Positions 8,649 to 18,495 are shown, counted from the stretch's first letter. The stretch: DNA of 64,000 nt from Thermoanaerobaculia bacterium (GCA_963666565.1 OY762911.1:4544001-4608000), one strand, 5' to 3'. Notes: generated by a model not told the origin, from the sequence alone. Made by a program: numbers and translations.

Positions 8649-11168
8649 GTGAGTGCCGCAGCGTTCTACCGGGATCGGGGTCCCGGCACATCGGGTTCCA
8701 CGGCCGACGCGGCAACGCGCGTAGTCCTCGTCGGCGCCGGGCACACGCACATCCAGGTCCTCCGGCACTGGGCGATGCATCCGGATCCGGCGGTCGAGGC
8801 GACCCTCGTCGTCGACACGCCGATCGCCGTCTACTCCGGCATGGCGCCCGGACTGGTCGCGGGACAGTACGAGCGGCACGAGCTGGAGATCGACGCCGTG
8901 CCGCTCGCGCGGCGGGCGGGCGTGCGGGTGGTCCTCGCGCCCTGCATCGGCGTCGAGGCGACGGCGCGCCGCGTCCTGGTCGAGGGACGCGAGCCGCTCC
9001 CCTTCGACGTCGCCTCCTTCGATACAGGCTCCACGGTGGCCGGGCTCGACCTGCCCGGCGTGCGCGAGCACGCGGTCCCGACGCGGCCGATCAACCGGCT
9101 GGCGGCGGCGATTTCCGGCCGCGTCGAGGCGCTCGCCAGCCGGCGGCCGAACGTGGTCGTCGTGGGCAGCGGGGCCGGCGGCATCGAGCTCGCCTTCTGC
9201 ATCGACGCCCGGCTGCGCGGTCTGGACATGGAACCCCGGGTGACGATCGTCGAGGCGGGCGGCCGCATCCTGCCCGGCTACCACCCGGCGCTGGCCCGGC
9301 GAATCGAGGCGGCGGCGCGCGCACGCGGCATCCGGACCCTGGTGGAGACGCCGGTCGCGGCGGTCGAGGCGGACTCCGTGCAGCTCGAGAACGGCAGCAG
9401 CATCGAGTCCGACCTGACCTTCTGGGTCACCGGCGCCGCCGCGCTGTCGATCTTCGAGGGTTCCGACCTGCCCCTGTGCGATCGCGGCTTCGTTCGCACC
9501 CGCGCCACCCTGCAGGTGGAGGGCCACGACCACGTCTTCGCCGTCGGCGACTGCGCGACGCTGATCGAGCAGCCGAACCGCCCGCGCGCCGGCGTCTACG
9601 CGGTACGCATGGGGCCCTACCTGATCGAGAACCTGGAGCGCCTGCGGACCGGCCAGCGACTCCGGCGGTACAGGCCGCAGGGCGACTTCCTGGCGCTGCT
9701 CAACCTCGGCGACGGGCGCGCCGCAGGCGCCAAGTGGGGCGCCGCGTTCGAGGGCCGCTGGGTCATGCGGCTCAAGGACCGGATCGACCGCCGGTTCATG
9801 CAGCGCTTCCAGACGCTGGACCCGGACGGCGCGCCGTTGCCCGCGTTCCCGCCGATGGAGGCGGGTCCCGGAGGGCACGGAGCGGGCGGCGGCGCGGAAT
9901 CGATGAGCGATGGGAACGGGCCGGAGTCGGCCCCGATGTTCTGCGGCGGCTGCGCGGCGAAGGTCGGGCCCGACCGGCTCGGCAGCGCGCTGCGCCGCGC
10001 GGGTCTCTCTCCGCCGGCGACGACACGCCACGGGTCGGGCAAGCAGGTCGACGCGCCCGTGCTGGACGAGGCGGGCGCCGGTCCCGGAACCGCCGCGCCC
10101 CCGGCGCCCGAACCGAAGACTTCAGGGCGCGAGCAGAACGCCGAGGTCATCCTCGACGCGGCGACGCCGGACGACGCGGTGGCCTACAGCACGCCGGCGG
10201 GCGACCGGATCGTCGCTTCGCTCGACGCCTTCCCCGCGTTCACCGACGACCCGTGGCTGGTAGGTCGGATAGCAGCGGTGAACGCCTGCTCCGACCTCCA
10301 CGCGACCGGGGTCGCGCCCCGGTTCGCGCAGGCCCTGGTCACGCTGCCCCAGGCCGCTCACGGCGAGGAGGCGGAGGAGCTGCTCGTCCAGGTCCTCGCC
10401 GGCGCGCGCGCGGCGCTCGACGCCGAGGACGTGCTCCTGCTCGGAGGCCACACGAACACCGGGCCGGAGCTCGTCGTCGGCTTCCACGTCGAGGGCGTCG
10501 CTGGCGATGGCCGCGGGGCCGGCGGCCGCGGCGCAGCTTCCGGCGCCCGTGGCGAGGCCGGCGGGCCGAGCGGCCGCGGCGAAGCCGCCGGCGACGGCAA
10601 CCTGCTGCTCAAGAGCGCGGTCCGGCCCGGCGACGCGCTGGTGCTGACCAAGCCGCTCGGCAGCGGCGTCCTGCTGGCCGCCGACCGGATGGGTCTGTGC
10701 CCCGGCCGCTGGCTGCGGTCCTGCCTGGCGTCGATGCAGACGAGCAACCGCGGCGCGATGGAAGCGGCCCGGCGCGCCGGAGTCCGCGCCGCGACCGACG
10801 TCAGCGGATTCGGCCTCGCGGGCCACGTCGGCGAGATGGCTCAGGCGAGCGGCGTGGACATCGAGATCGAGGTGGACTCCTTACCCGCCCTTCCTGGCGC
10901 GCTGGAGCTTCTGGGCCGCGGCGAGCGCAGCACGAGCCACGAGCAGAACGCCCGGCTGCCGATCGAGATCGAGCGCGTGGCGCCGCCGGGGCCGCGCCTG
11001 GAAGTCGCCTTCGATCCCCAGACCGCCGGCGGGCTGGTGCTGGCGGTATCGCCGGAGCGCGCCGGCAGTCTGATCGACGATCTGCACTCCCGAGGCCTCG
11101 GGTCGGCCCGTGTCGTCGCGCGAGCGCGCAGGCCGGAGTCCGAGCGGCCGCGCCTGATTCTCCGTTAG
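8649..11168 (+). CDS. selD: FAD-dependent oxidoreductase fused to selenophosphate synthetase
   Basis: N-terminal VLVGAGHTH, YSGM, GSGAGGIE and FAVGDCA (pyridine nucleotide-disulfide fold). C-terminal MFCGGCAAKV, DDA, NACSDLHA, GGHT, LTKPLG, ATDVSGFGLAGH and DPQTAGGL (SelD). Confidence 0.9.
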   Translation: MSAAAFYRDRGPGTSGSTADAATRVVLVGAGHTHIQVLRHWAMHPDPAVEATLVVDTPIAVYSGMAPGLVAGQYERHELEIDAVPLARRAGVRVVLAPCIGVEATARRVLVEGREPLPFDVASFDTGSTVAGLDLPGVREHAVPTRPINRLAAAISGRVEALASRRPNVVVVGSGAGGIELAFCIDARLRGLDMEPRVTIVEAGGRILPGYHPALARRIEAAARARGIRTLVETPVAAVEADSVQLENGSSIESDLTFWVTGAAALSIFEGSDLPLCDRGFVRTRATLQVEGHDHVFAVGDCATLIEQPNRPRAGVYAVRMGPYLIENLERLRTGQRLRRYRPQGDFLALLNLGDGRAAGAKWGAAFEGRWVMRLKDRIDRRFMQRFQTLDPDGAPLPAFPPMEAGPGGHGAGGGAESMSDGNGPESAPMFCGGCAAKVGPDRLGSALRRAGLSPPATTRHGSGKQVDAPVLDEAGAGPGTAAPPAPEPKTSGREQNAEVILDAATPDDAVAYSTPAGDRIVASLDAFPAFTDDPWLVGRIAAVNACSDLHATGVAPRFAQALVTLPQAAHGEEAEELLVQVLAGARAALDAEDVLLLGGHTNTGPELVVGFHVEGVAGDGRGAGGRGAASGARGEAGGPSGRGEAAGDGNLLLKSAVRPGDALVLTKPLGSGVLLAADRMGLCPGRWLRSCLASMQTSNRGAMEAARRAGVRAATDVSGFGLAGHVGEMAQASGVDIEIEVDSLPALPGALELLGRGERSTSHEQNARLPIEIERVAPPGPRLEVAFDPQTAGGLVLAVSPERAGSLIDDLHSRGLGSARVVARARRPESERPRLILR

Positions 11169-11264
11169 CCGGCAACCATCCCGGACGCACCCCTCGCTGC
11201 GTTCAAGCCTGCGTCGTCGCCTGGACGCAAACAGAGCGTAAATCCGTGCTACGCTCTCCGACTC

Positions 11265-12413
11265 GTGGACGCCTCGCGAACCGCCCATGCGCACGAACCG
11301 CGACCAGCCGCGGCGCCGGCCGGCGCGGTGCGCGGCCGCGGTGCCGCGGCCAACCCTCGGAACCGGTTCGAACGGATCGACATCGACTTCGAACCGGGCG
11401 AGAGCGCCGCGGAGCGCGGCGCCGCGCCGCCGACCGAGCTGTTCCGGGACGACTCGAAGACCATCCTCTCCCGCAACGACTCCCCGGACCTCGGCTTCGA
11501 GTACAGCCTGAACCCCTACCGGGGGTGCGAGCACGGCTGCATCTACTGCTACGCGCGCCCCACCCACGAGTACCTCGGCTTCTCCGCCGGACTGGACTTC
11601 GAGAGCCGCATCCTGGTCAAGGAACGGGCGCCGGAACTGCTGCGGAAGGCGCTTCTGAACCCGCGCTGGAAGCCGCAGACGATCGTGCTCTCCGGCGTCA
11701 CCGACCCGTACCAGCCGATCGAGCGGCGCCTGCGGATCACTCGCCGCTGCCTCGAGGTCCTGGCCGAGTTCCGCAATCCGGTGGCTATCATCACGAAGAA
11801 CCACCTGGTCACCCGCGACATCGACCTGCTCGCGGAACTCAACCGGTTCGGGGCCTGCGGCGTCTTCCTCTCCATCACGTCGGTCTCGGCCTCGCTCTCG
11901 GCGCGGATGGAACCGCGGGCCTCCGCGCCGCGGCGGCGGTTCGAGGCGCTGCGCGAACTGAGCGCCGCCGGCATTCCCTGCGGCGTGATGACCGCGCCGA
12001 TCGTCCCCGGCCTGAACGACGACCAGATCCCCGCGATCCTGGAGGCGGCGGCCGAAGCCGGAGCGAGCCGCGCGGGCTACATCCTCCTTCGCCTGCCGCA
12101 CGGTCTGCGCGAACTCTTCTCGGAGTGGCTCGCGACCCACTTCCCGGATCGCCGGGAGCGGGTGCTCAACCGGCTGCGGGAAGCGCGCGGCGGCAACCTG
12201 AACGACCCGCGCTTCCACAGCCGCATGAAGGGCGGCGGGGAGTACGCGGAGCAGATCGGCAGGTTGTTCGAGACGGTACGCAAACGCGTCGGGCTGGAAG
12301 GCGGCCAGGACCGTCGCACCGGCAGCCAGTCGGCGGCGGCGTTCCGGCGCCGAACCCCGCAGAGGAGCCTCTTCGACGAAGCGGCCGTTCCGAAGGCCCG
12401 CCCCGGCGCCTGA
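11265..12413 (+). CDS. Radical SAM protein, PA0069/Rv2578c family
   Basis: NPYRGCEHGCIYCYARP CxxxCxxC motif, TDPYQPIE and VRGRGA N-terminus. Confidence 0.92.
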   Translation: MDASRTAHAHEPRPAAAPAGAVRGRGAAANPRNRFERIDIDFEPGESAAERGAAPPTELFRDDSKTILSRNDSPDLGFEYSLNPYRGCEHGCIYCYARPTHEYLGFSAGLDFESRILVKERAPELLRKALLNPRWKPQTIVLSGVTDPYQPIERRLRITRRCLEVLAEFRNPVAIITKNHLVTRDIDLLAELNRFGACGVFLSITSVSASLSARMEPRASAPRRRFEALRELSAAGIPCGVMTAPIVPGLNDDQIPAILEAAAEAGASRAGYILLRLPHGLRELFSEWLATHFPDRRERVLNRLREARGGNLNDPRFHSRMKGGGEYAEQIGRLFETVRKRVGLEGGQDRRTGSQSAAAFRRRTPQRSLFDEAAVPKARPGA

Positions 12414-12431
12414 ATCGGACCGTGTGCGGAC

Positions 12432-12460
12432 TTGGGCCGGCGGCGACTCGCTGCTACACT
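12432..12460 (+). promoter_or_regulatory. Putative rpsD promoter
   Basis: TTGGGC-N17-TACACT with an extended -10 TG, about 140 nt upstream of the start. Confidence 0.5.
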
Positions 12461-12598
12461 CCGCTGCCTTGACGACGAAGCGGCGCGCGCCTCCGGTCGA
12501 CAGGCGGCGCCGGTGAACGGAGCAGCGCCGGGACCGCCGGGTCGGCAGTCTCGCGCAGTGCGAATCCGCGACCATCACAGCACATCGGAGAACCAGAG

Positions 12599-13192
12599 TT
12601 GAAGTTCAACGGGCCCAAGGTCAAGCTCTCGCGCAAGCTGGGCATACCGCTGACGCCCAAGGCCTCCCGGTACATGGAGAAGAAGGGCCATCCGCCGGGC
12701 ATGCACGGCCTGAAGCGGCGGCGGCGGCAGAGCAACTACGGGCGGCAGTTGCTCGAGAAGCAACGGCTGCGCTACCAGTACAACGTCAGCGAGCGCCAGC
12801 TCCGCAACTACTACAAGCGGGCGACGCGGATGAAGGGCGTCACCGGCGACAACCTGGTCGGCCTGCTGGAGACCCGTCTCGACTCCGTCGTCCACCGGGC
12901 GTTCGCCCCCAGCGTGTTCGCCGCGCGCCAGTTCGTCGGCCACGGCCACATCCTGGTCAACGGCCGGCGGGTCGACATTCCGTCCTACGGGGTGAAGGAA
13001 GGCGACGTCGTCGAGGTGCGCGAAAAGAGCCGGAAGCTGCGCTGCTTCAACGAGCCGCGCGGCGTGACGGTGCCCACCTACGTCGAGACGGACGAGACCG
13101 GCTACCAGGCGACCCTGCGCAACACGCCGGTCCGGGACGAGGTGCCGATCGTCTGCGAGGTGCCCCTGGTCATCGAGTTCTACTCCCGCTGA
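12599..13192 (+). CDS. rpsD: 30S ribosomal protein S4, stand-alone, lacking the Zn-ribbon cysteines
   Basis: GPKVKLSRKLG, PPGMHG, YGRQLLEKQRLRYQY, LETRLDSVV, ARQFVGHGH and VIEFYSR; TTG start with GGAG RBS. Confidence 0.95.
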   Translation: MKFNGPKVKLSRKLGIPLTPKASRYMEKKGHPPGMHGLKRRRRQSNYGRQLLEKQRLRYQYNVSERQLRNYYKRATRMKGVTGDNLVGLLETRLDSVVHRAFAPSVFAARQFVGHGHILVNGRRVDIPSYGVKEGDVVEVREKSRKLRCFNEPRGVTVPTYVETDETGYQATLRNTPVRDEVPIVCEVPLVIEFYSR

Positions 13193-13212
13193 CCGCAAGG
13201 AAACGAAGTCCG

Positions 13213-13947
13213 ATGCTCGATCTGCGTGTCCGGCGGTCAGGCGCCGCTCTCGCAGCGGCCGCTCTGGCGGCGGCCGCCCTTCTCGTTGGCGCGGCGCCTT
13301 CGGCCGCCGCCGAGTTCAGCGTCAGCGGCACGGTCAGCTACGTGGGGGAACCGCTCAGGCGTTTCCCGTTGCGGATGGACGCCGACCCGAACTGCGCGGC
13401 GATGTACGAAGGCAAGCGCGTCCTCTCGCGCGACAGCCTGGTCGGCGACGACGGCGCGGTAGCGAACGTCTTCGTCTACCTGCAGGAGGCGCCCGAAGGC
13501 GCCGCCGGCGACCGGCCCGAGGAAGCCGTCCGGCTGGAGCAGCGCGGCTGCCTCTACACGCCGCGGATCATCGGCGTCCGCGTCGAGCAGGACATCGAGA
13601 TCGTCAACGACGACCCGACTCTCCACAACGTCCGCGCCCTGGCCAGGGCGAACCGCCCGTTCAACATCGGTCAGCCCGCCCGCGGCACGAGGACGAAGTC
13701 CTTCCGCGCGCCGGAGAAGCCGATTCAGGTCAAGTGCGACGTCCATCCCTGGATGTCCGCCTACGTCTTCGTCATGGAGCACTCGTTCCACTCGACCACC
13801 GGCCGCGACGGCAGGTACCGGATCGACGGACTTCCCGCCGGCTCGCACGAACTCGTGTTCTGGCACGAGAAGCTCGGCGAACAGGTCGTCGAAGTCGAAG
13901 TCGCCGCCGACGTCGAGGACCTGGACCTCACCTTCGAAGGCGAGTAA
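13213..13947 (+). CDS. Secreted cupredoxin-like / carboxypeptidase-regulatory-like domain protein
   Basis: Signal peptide; LEQRGCLYTP, LHNV and KCDVHPWM (C-x2-H-x2-M copper-ligand pattern). Confidence 0.75.
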   Translation: MLDLRVRRSGAALAAAALAAAALLVGAAPSAAAEFSVSGTVSYVGEPLRRFPLRMDADPNCAAMYEGKRVLSRDSLVGDDGAVANVFVYLQEAPEGAAGDRPEEAVRLEQRGCLYTPRIIGVRVEQDIEIVNDDPTLHNVRALARANRPFNIGQPARGTRTKSFRAPEKPIQVKCDVHPWMSAYVFVMEHSFHSTTGRDGRYRIDGLPAGSHELVFWHEKLGEQVVEVEVAADVEDLDLTFEGE

Positions 13948-13976
13948 GTGCCGGCCTCCTTCCACACCACGGGTTG

Positions 13977-14396
13977 ATGCCCTACGGCGTCCGGAAGATC
14001 GGAGGCGTCGGTCCCGCAGTTGCCGCCAGGCTGGCGCAGGCCGGAATCCGGACCTCGGACGGTCTCCTGGCCGCCTGCCCCGACCGCCGCGAGCGCCGCC
14101 GCCTGTCGGAACGGACGGGGCTGCCCGAGCGCCAGATACAGCGGTTCGTCAACCGTGCCGACCTGATGCGGATTCGCGGCGTCGGCGGGGACTTCGCGGA
14201 GCTGCTCGTCGCCTCGGGCGTCCGCACCGTGCGCGACCTGAGCCGCCGCAGGTCGCTCAACCTCGCGCTGAAGATGAGCGCCGTGAACGCGGACAGGAAG
14301 CTGAGCCGGCGCGCGCCGTCGCCGTCCATGGTCGAGCGCTGGATCGCCAACGCGCAGGAGCTGAAGGAGGCGGCCGGCCGAGGCCGCCCTGGCTGA
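13977..14396 (+). CDS. DUF4332-like helix-hairpin-helix protein
   Basis: ATG 13977: KIGGVGP...ADLMRIRGVGGDFAELLVASGVRTV...PSPSMVERWIANA. Confidence 0.85.
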   Translation: MPYGVRKIGGVGPAVAARLAQAGIRTSDGLLAACPDRRERRRLSERTGLPERQIQRFVNRADLMRIRGVGGDFAELLVASGVRTVRDLSRRRSLNLALKMSAVNADRKLSRRAPSPSMVERWIANAQELKEAAGRGRPG

Positions 14397-15643
14397 TGGC
14401 GGACGGGCGACCCCTCGGCATCGGTTTCGTCGGCAGCGGCTTCATCGCCCGCTTCCATGTCCGTTCGTGGACCGCGGTCCGGGGCGCCGACATCCGGGGC
14501 GTCTGGAGCCCGAACATCGAGAGCGCCGAGTCCGCGGCGGCGCTCGCCCGCGAACTCGACGTCGGCGACGCCAGGGCATTCGAGTCGATCGCGGCGATGG
14601 TCGAGGACGATTCGGTGGACGCGATCTGGATCTGCGGCCGCAACGACCGCCGGATCGAGAACATGGAGGAGATCGCGGAGGCCGTCGCCGGTGGACGCGG
14701 CCATCTGGTCGGCGTCGCCTGCGAAAAGCCGCTCGCCCGGAACGCGGGCGAAGCGCTGCGGATGGTCGAACTCGCGCGCGAGATCGGCGTCCTCGACGGC
14801 TACCTGGAGAACCAGGTGTTCAGCCCCGCCGTGGTCCGCGGCCGCGAACTGGCCTGGGAGCGCGGCGCGCGGGCGGCCGGGCGGCCGTACCTGGCGCGCG
14901 CGGCCGAGGAGCACTCGGGCCCGCACAACGCCTGGTTCTGGCAGGGCGAACTCCAGGGCGGCGGCGTACTGAACGACATGATGTGCCACTCGGTCGAGGC
15001 GGCGCGCTTCCTGCTGACCGAACCGGGCAAGCCGCGGAGCAGCCTGACCCCGAAGCGGGTCCACGCGCAGATCCACTGCCTGAAGTGGCAGCGTCCCGAG
15101 TACGCCCGCAAGCTGCGCGACGAGTACGGAGACGCCGTCGACTACGCGCGGCGGCCCGCCGAGGACTTCGCCCGCGCGATGGTCGAGTACGAAGACGAGA
15201 ACGGCACGCCGCTGGTGGTGGAAGCGACGACCTCGTGGAGCTACGTGGGCGCCGGCCTGCGCCTGTCGATGGAACTGCTCGGGCCGGAGTACTCGATGCG
15301 GGCGAACAGCCTCGACACGGAGCTCGAGCTCTTCTTCAGCCGCGACCTGGTTCAGCGAAGCGGCGAGGACCTGGTGGAGAAGCAGAACGCCGAGATGGGC
15401 CTCATGCCCGTGCTGCCGAACGAGCCGGCCGCCTACGGCTACGACGCCGAGAACCGGCACATGGTCGAGAGCTTCCGCCGCGGCGTGCGGCCGCGGGAGA
15501 CCTTCGAAGACGGCCTGGAGGTCACCCGGCTGCTGATGGCCGCCTACATGAGCGCCGAACTCGGCCGGGCCGTCGAGTATCCGCCCGAGGGCCTCGACGA
15601 GTTCGTGCCGGCGGTCGCCCGCGGCGACTGGAACCCCGCGTAG
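14396..15643 (+). CDS. Gfo/Idh/MocA family oxidoreductase
   Basis: IGFVGSGFIA, ACEKPLA and GGGVLNDMMCH. Confidence 0.9.
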   Translation: MADGRPLGIGFVGSGFIARFHVRSWTAVRGADIRGVWSPNIESAESAAALARELDVGDARAFESIAAMVEDDSVDAIWICGRNDRRIENMEEIAEAVAGGRGHLVGVACEKPLARNAGEALRMVELAREIGVLDGYLENQVFSPAVVRGRELAWERGARAAGRPYLARAAEEHSGPHNAWFWQGELQGGGVLNDMMCHSVEAARFLLTEPGKPRSSLTPKRVHAQIHCLKWQRPEYARKLRDEYGDAVDYARRPAEDFARAMVEYEDENGTPLVVEATTSWSYVGAGLRLSMELLGPEYSMRANSLDTELELFFSRDLVQRSGEDLVEKQNAEMGLMPVLPNEPAAYGYDAENRHMVESFRRGVRPRETFEDGLEVTRLLMAAYMSAELGRAVEYPPEGLDEFVPAVARGDWNPA

Positions 15644-15653
15644 GTACCCCCTG

Positions 15654-15820
15654 GGTGCGCGGGTCTTCCGACCCGCTGCCGCCGGAGGCGGCCGAAAGAA
15701 GGCACCGGCCGTCAAGCCAGCTCCGCCATCGTCGCCGGCCTTCCGGCTGGCGGCCTTGTCTTCCGGGCTGCGCCGCCGCGCGGCTTCGCCCGTGAGCGGG
15801 TCGGAAGACCCGCGCACCCA
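15654..15820. repeat. REP-like element pair in inverted orientation between convergent genes
   Basis: GGTGCGCGGGTCTTCCGACCCGCTGCCGCCGGAGGCGGCC at 15654-15693 and a partial reverse-complement copy at 15796-15820. Confidence 0.85.
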
Positions 15821-15828
15821 GCAGGCGC

Positions 15829-17025
15829 CTACTCCCCCACCTCGTAGTAGTCGACGAAGCCGATCATCATCTCGTCCGTCGTCTCCCGTCCCCAGGACAC
15901 GTTACGGGTCGGATCGGGGTTCCGCGGATTGCCGGCGCTGTTGTCGTAGGTCGCCGTACAGCGCAGCTTCGTGCCGGCGGGCATCGGCTTCGGCTCAGTC
16001 AGGCGGTAGGTGGTCTGCCAGTCGAAGTCATAGCCCTCGACGCGCAGCAGGATCTCGGCGCGGCCGTCCGGGTACTCCGCCCGAAACTCGAACGTGTCGC
16101 CACGCAGGTGCATGTGCGGCCTGAGCGACAGCAGCCGGGCGGCGCGCGGGAAGTTCAGCTCGGCCTCGAACCTGACGTCCCGTTCGCCCGCCGGAATCCA
16201 CAGGAAGGGCGTCGAGCAGAGCGCCGTGAAGGACTCGTGGCGAGGCGGCTCGGCGGCCAGGATCAGGCCGATCCGGCTCCGGTCCGTCTCTTCCCTTCCC
16301 GTCGGCGTGTAGTGCATCTGGAAGTCGAGCACGGCGCCGGCCGGCAGCCGGCGGCCGACCCCCGGCGGCATGACGAGGGGCCCGGTGCCCGGCGCGTAGC
16401 CGCCGAGATCTCCCGCCGTGCGCGGATCGCCGCCGAGACTTTCGCGGACGGCGCCCGCACCGGGGAATGCCTGCACGATGACGTGATGGACCACGGCCGG
16501 GTTGCCGGGCCGCGTCTCCGCCGCCTGGATCCACACGTCCTCGGTCAGACCCGTTTCCACGCGGTAGCCGTGGTACGGAACGTCACCGGCCGCGGGCACC
16601 GTCACGTCTTCCGGCAGTTCGAAGACGAGATCGGGAACGCCGATGCTCCAGGAAGGAACGGGCCGTTCCACCGCCACCGCCTCCGGCGACGCCGATCCGG
16701 GCAGGCTGCCGCCATCGATCCAGGCCAGCAGCTTCGCTTTCTCCGACGCCGGCAGGCGCCGCTCGTTCGCGAACTCGCCGTAGCGCGGGTCGGCCTGCCA
16801 GGGAGGCATCGCCCCCGAGGCGACAGCGCGGCGGATCGAGGACGACCAGGCGCGCGCCTGCTCGAACGTCCGCAGCGCGAACGGCGCAGGACCGCCCTCC
16901 GTGTGACAACCGGCGCAGCGACTCCAGAACACTCCCGCGACCGCGTCGAAGTCGACCGCGGTCGCCGGCTGGGCGAGTGCCGTCAGGCCGAACCAGAGCG
17001 CGGCCGCACCGGACCCGGCGTTCAG
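15829..17025 (-). CDS. Cytochrome c + copper type II monooxygenase-like secreted protein; start uncertain (CTG overlapping the upstream stop)
   Basis: Heme motif CAGCH; MPPW; HHVI, QMHY, PHMHLRG and DEMM copper-ligand-like motifs; YDFDWQ. Confidence 0.75.
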   Translation of the reverse strand: MNAGSGAAALWFGLTALAQPATAVDFDAVAGVFWSRCAGCHTEGGPAPFALRTFEQARAWSSSIRRAVASGAMPPWQADPRYGEFANERRLPASEKAKLLAWIDGGSLPGSASPEAVAVERPVPSWSIGVPDLVFELPEDVTVPAAGDVPYHGYRVETGLTEDVWIQAAETRPGNPAVVHHVIVQAFPGAGAVRESLGGDPRTAGDLGGYAPGTGPLVMPPGVGRRLPAGAVLDFQMHYTPTGREETDRSRIGLILAAEPPRHESFTALCSTPFLWIPAGERDVRFEAELNFPRAARLLSLRPHMHLRGDTFEFRAEYPDGRAEILLRVEGYDFDWQTTYRLTEPKPMPAGTKLRCTATYDNSAGNPRNPDPTRNVSWGRETTDEMMIGFVDYYEVGE

Positions 17026-18392
17026 GGCCCGCTCGCGCCGTCCGCCTGATTCGTGATCCGGTACAGCTTGCTCCGGGTGCGGATGTAGAGGCTGCCGTCG
17101 GCGATGGCCGGCGTCGACATGGCCATCTCGTCGAGCGAGTTCTTGCCCACGACCTGGAACTCGTCGCCGGCCTCGATCACGAACGTGTCGCCGTCCTCGC
17201 TGAGCACGAAGATCTTGCCGTTGTAGGCCCACGGAGACGCCGTGAAGGCGCCCGAGCCGCGCTCGATGCGCTGCTTGCCGTAGATCTCGGCGCCGGTCTT
17301 CGGATCGTGCGCGGTGAAGAAGCCGCGGTCGAGCAGCGTGTAGAACCGGTCGCCGTAGATCAGCGGCGTCGGGTTGTAGGCGCCGGCCTGGGGCTGGTAC
17401 CAGACCACCCAGCGGTTGCTCTGCTGGTCCTTCTCGAGCGTGATATCGCCCTCGGCGCCCGGCTTGATCGCGTAGACCGGACGGACCTGATCGCCGATGT
17501 AGCCCGACGACACGTAGAGCAGGCCGTACTTCGAGAACGGCTGCGGGATCGCGATGGACGACATGCCGCCGAAGTACCACAGGAGGTTCCCCTCCTCGTC
17601 GTACGAGCGCACCTGGTCGGTGCCCGGCGTGATCACCTCGGTGCGAAGTTCGTTCTCCCACACGAAGGGGGTCGCCCAGTTGCTGCCCTCCTCGCGGGCG
17701 TCGCGCCAGAGTTCCTCTCCCGTCGCCGCGTCGAGGGCCATCAGGAAGGACTGGTCCTCGTTGTCGTTCACGACGTAGAGCTGCCCGTTGTGAACGACCG
17801 GCGACGCCGCCGTGCCCCAGCCGAAGCGGGTGCGGACAACCTCGAAGCGCCGTTCCCAGACCGGTTCGCCGTCGAGCGTGAAGGCGAAGACGCCGACGTT
17901 GCCGAAGTAGGCATAGATCCGCTCGCCGTCCGTCACCGGCGTCTCCGACGCGTACGTGTTCTTCAGGTGCCGCGGGAAGTCCGGCGCGCCGGCCAGCACC
18001 TCGCGCTCCCAGCACTTCTCGCCGGTATCGACCTGGAAGCAGTAGACCGACCAGTGGTGATCGTCGGCCGACGGCTGCATCCGGTTGCCGCCCATGTACA
18101 GACCCTTCTTCGGCTCCTCGACATCGCCCTCGCTCCACACGGTGGTCAGGAAGACGCGGTCGCCCTGCACGATGGGCGAGGACCATCCCAGACCCGGCAC
18201 GTCGACGACCCAGGCCACGTTCTCCGTGGCGCTCCAGGTCTCCGGCAGGCGGGGATCGTCGTCGGCGACGCTCATCGCGTCCGCGCCGCGGAAGGAGGGC
18301 CAGTTGTCGGTGGACGGCGGCGCGGCCAGCGCGGCGCCTGTAAAGTGAAGGGCGGCCGCGGCGGCCGCGAACACGGGTCGAAGTGCGCGCAT
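17022..18392 (-). CDS. PQQ-like beta-propeller (BamB-like) secreted protein
   Basis: Signal peptide; NWPSFRG, LPETWS, GWSSPIV, TPVTDGE, ASP and STPAIADG repeats. Confidence 0.88.
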   Translation of the reverse strand: MRALRPVFAAAAAALHFTGAALAAPPSTDNWPSFRGADAMSVADDDPRLPETWSATENVAWVVDVPGLGWSSPIVQGDRVFLTTVWSEGDVEEPKKGLYMGGNRMQPSADDHHWSVYCFQVDTGEKCWEREVLAGAPDFPRHLKNTYASETPVTDGERIYAYFGNVGVFAFTLDGEPVWERRFEVVRTRFGWGTAASPVVHNGQLYVVNDNEDQSFLMALDAATGEELWRDAREEGSNWATPFVWENELRTEVITPGTDQVRSYDEEGNLLWYFGGMSSIAIPQPFSKYGLLYVSSGYIGDQVRPVYAIKPGAEGDITLEKDQQSNRWVVWYQPQAGAYNPTPLIYGDRFYTLLDRGFFTAHDPKTGAEIYGKQRIERGSGAFTASPWAYNGKIFVLSEDGDTFVIEAGDEFQVVGKNSLDEMAMSTPAIADGSLYIRTRSKLYRITNQADGASGP

Positions 18393-18495
18393 CGGAGTCT
18401 CCAGGCGGAGGTGGCTATGGCGTGACGGGTGCGTTCGAGAGCGTGCGCCAGCTTAGCACCGGCAACGAGTGCCGGTGCGCGGGCTTGCCGGTGTC

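Noticed and set aside
9930-9970. Selenocysteine (UGA) recoding in SelD
   Set aside because: The active-site region is encoded by TGC codons (CGGC); there is no in-frame TGA.
7335-12578. Long alternative-frame ORFs (7335..10031 -, 9476..12472 +, 10881..12578 -)
   Set aside because: Shadow ORFs of high-GC genes; Arg/Ala/Pro-rich with no motifs, and they overlap well-supported CDSs.
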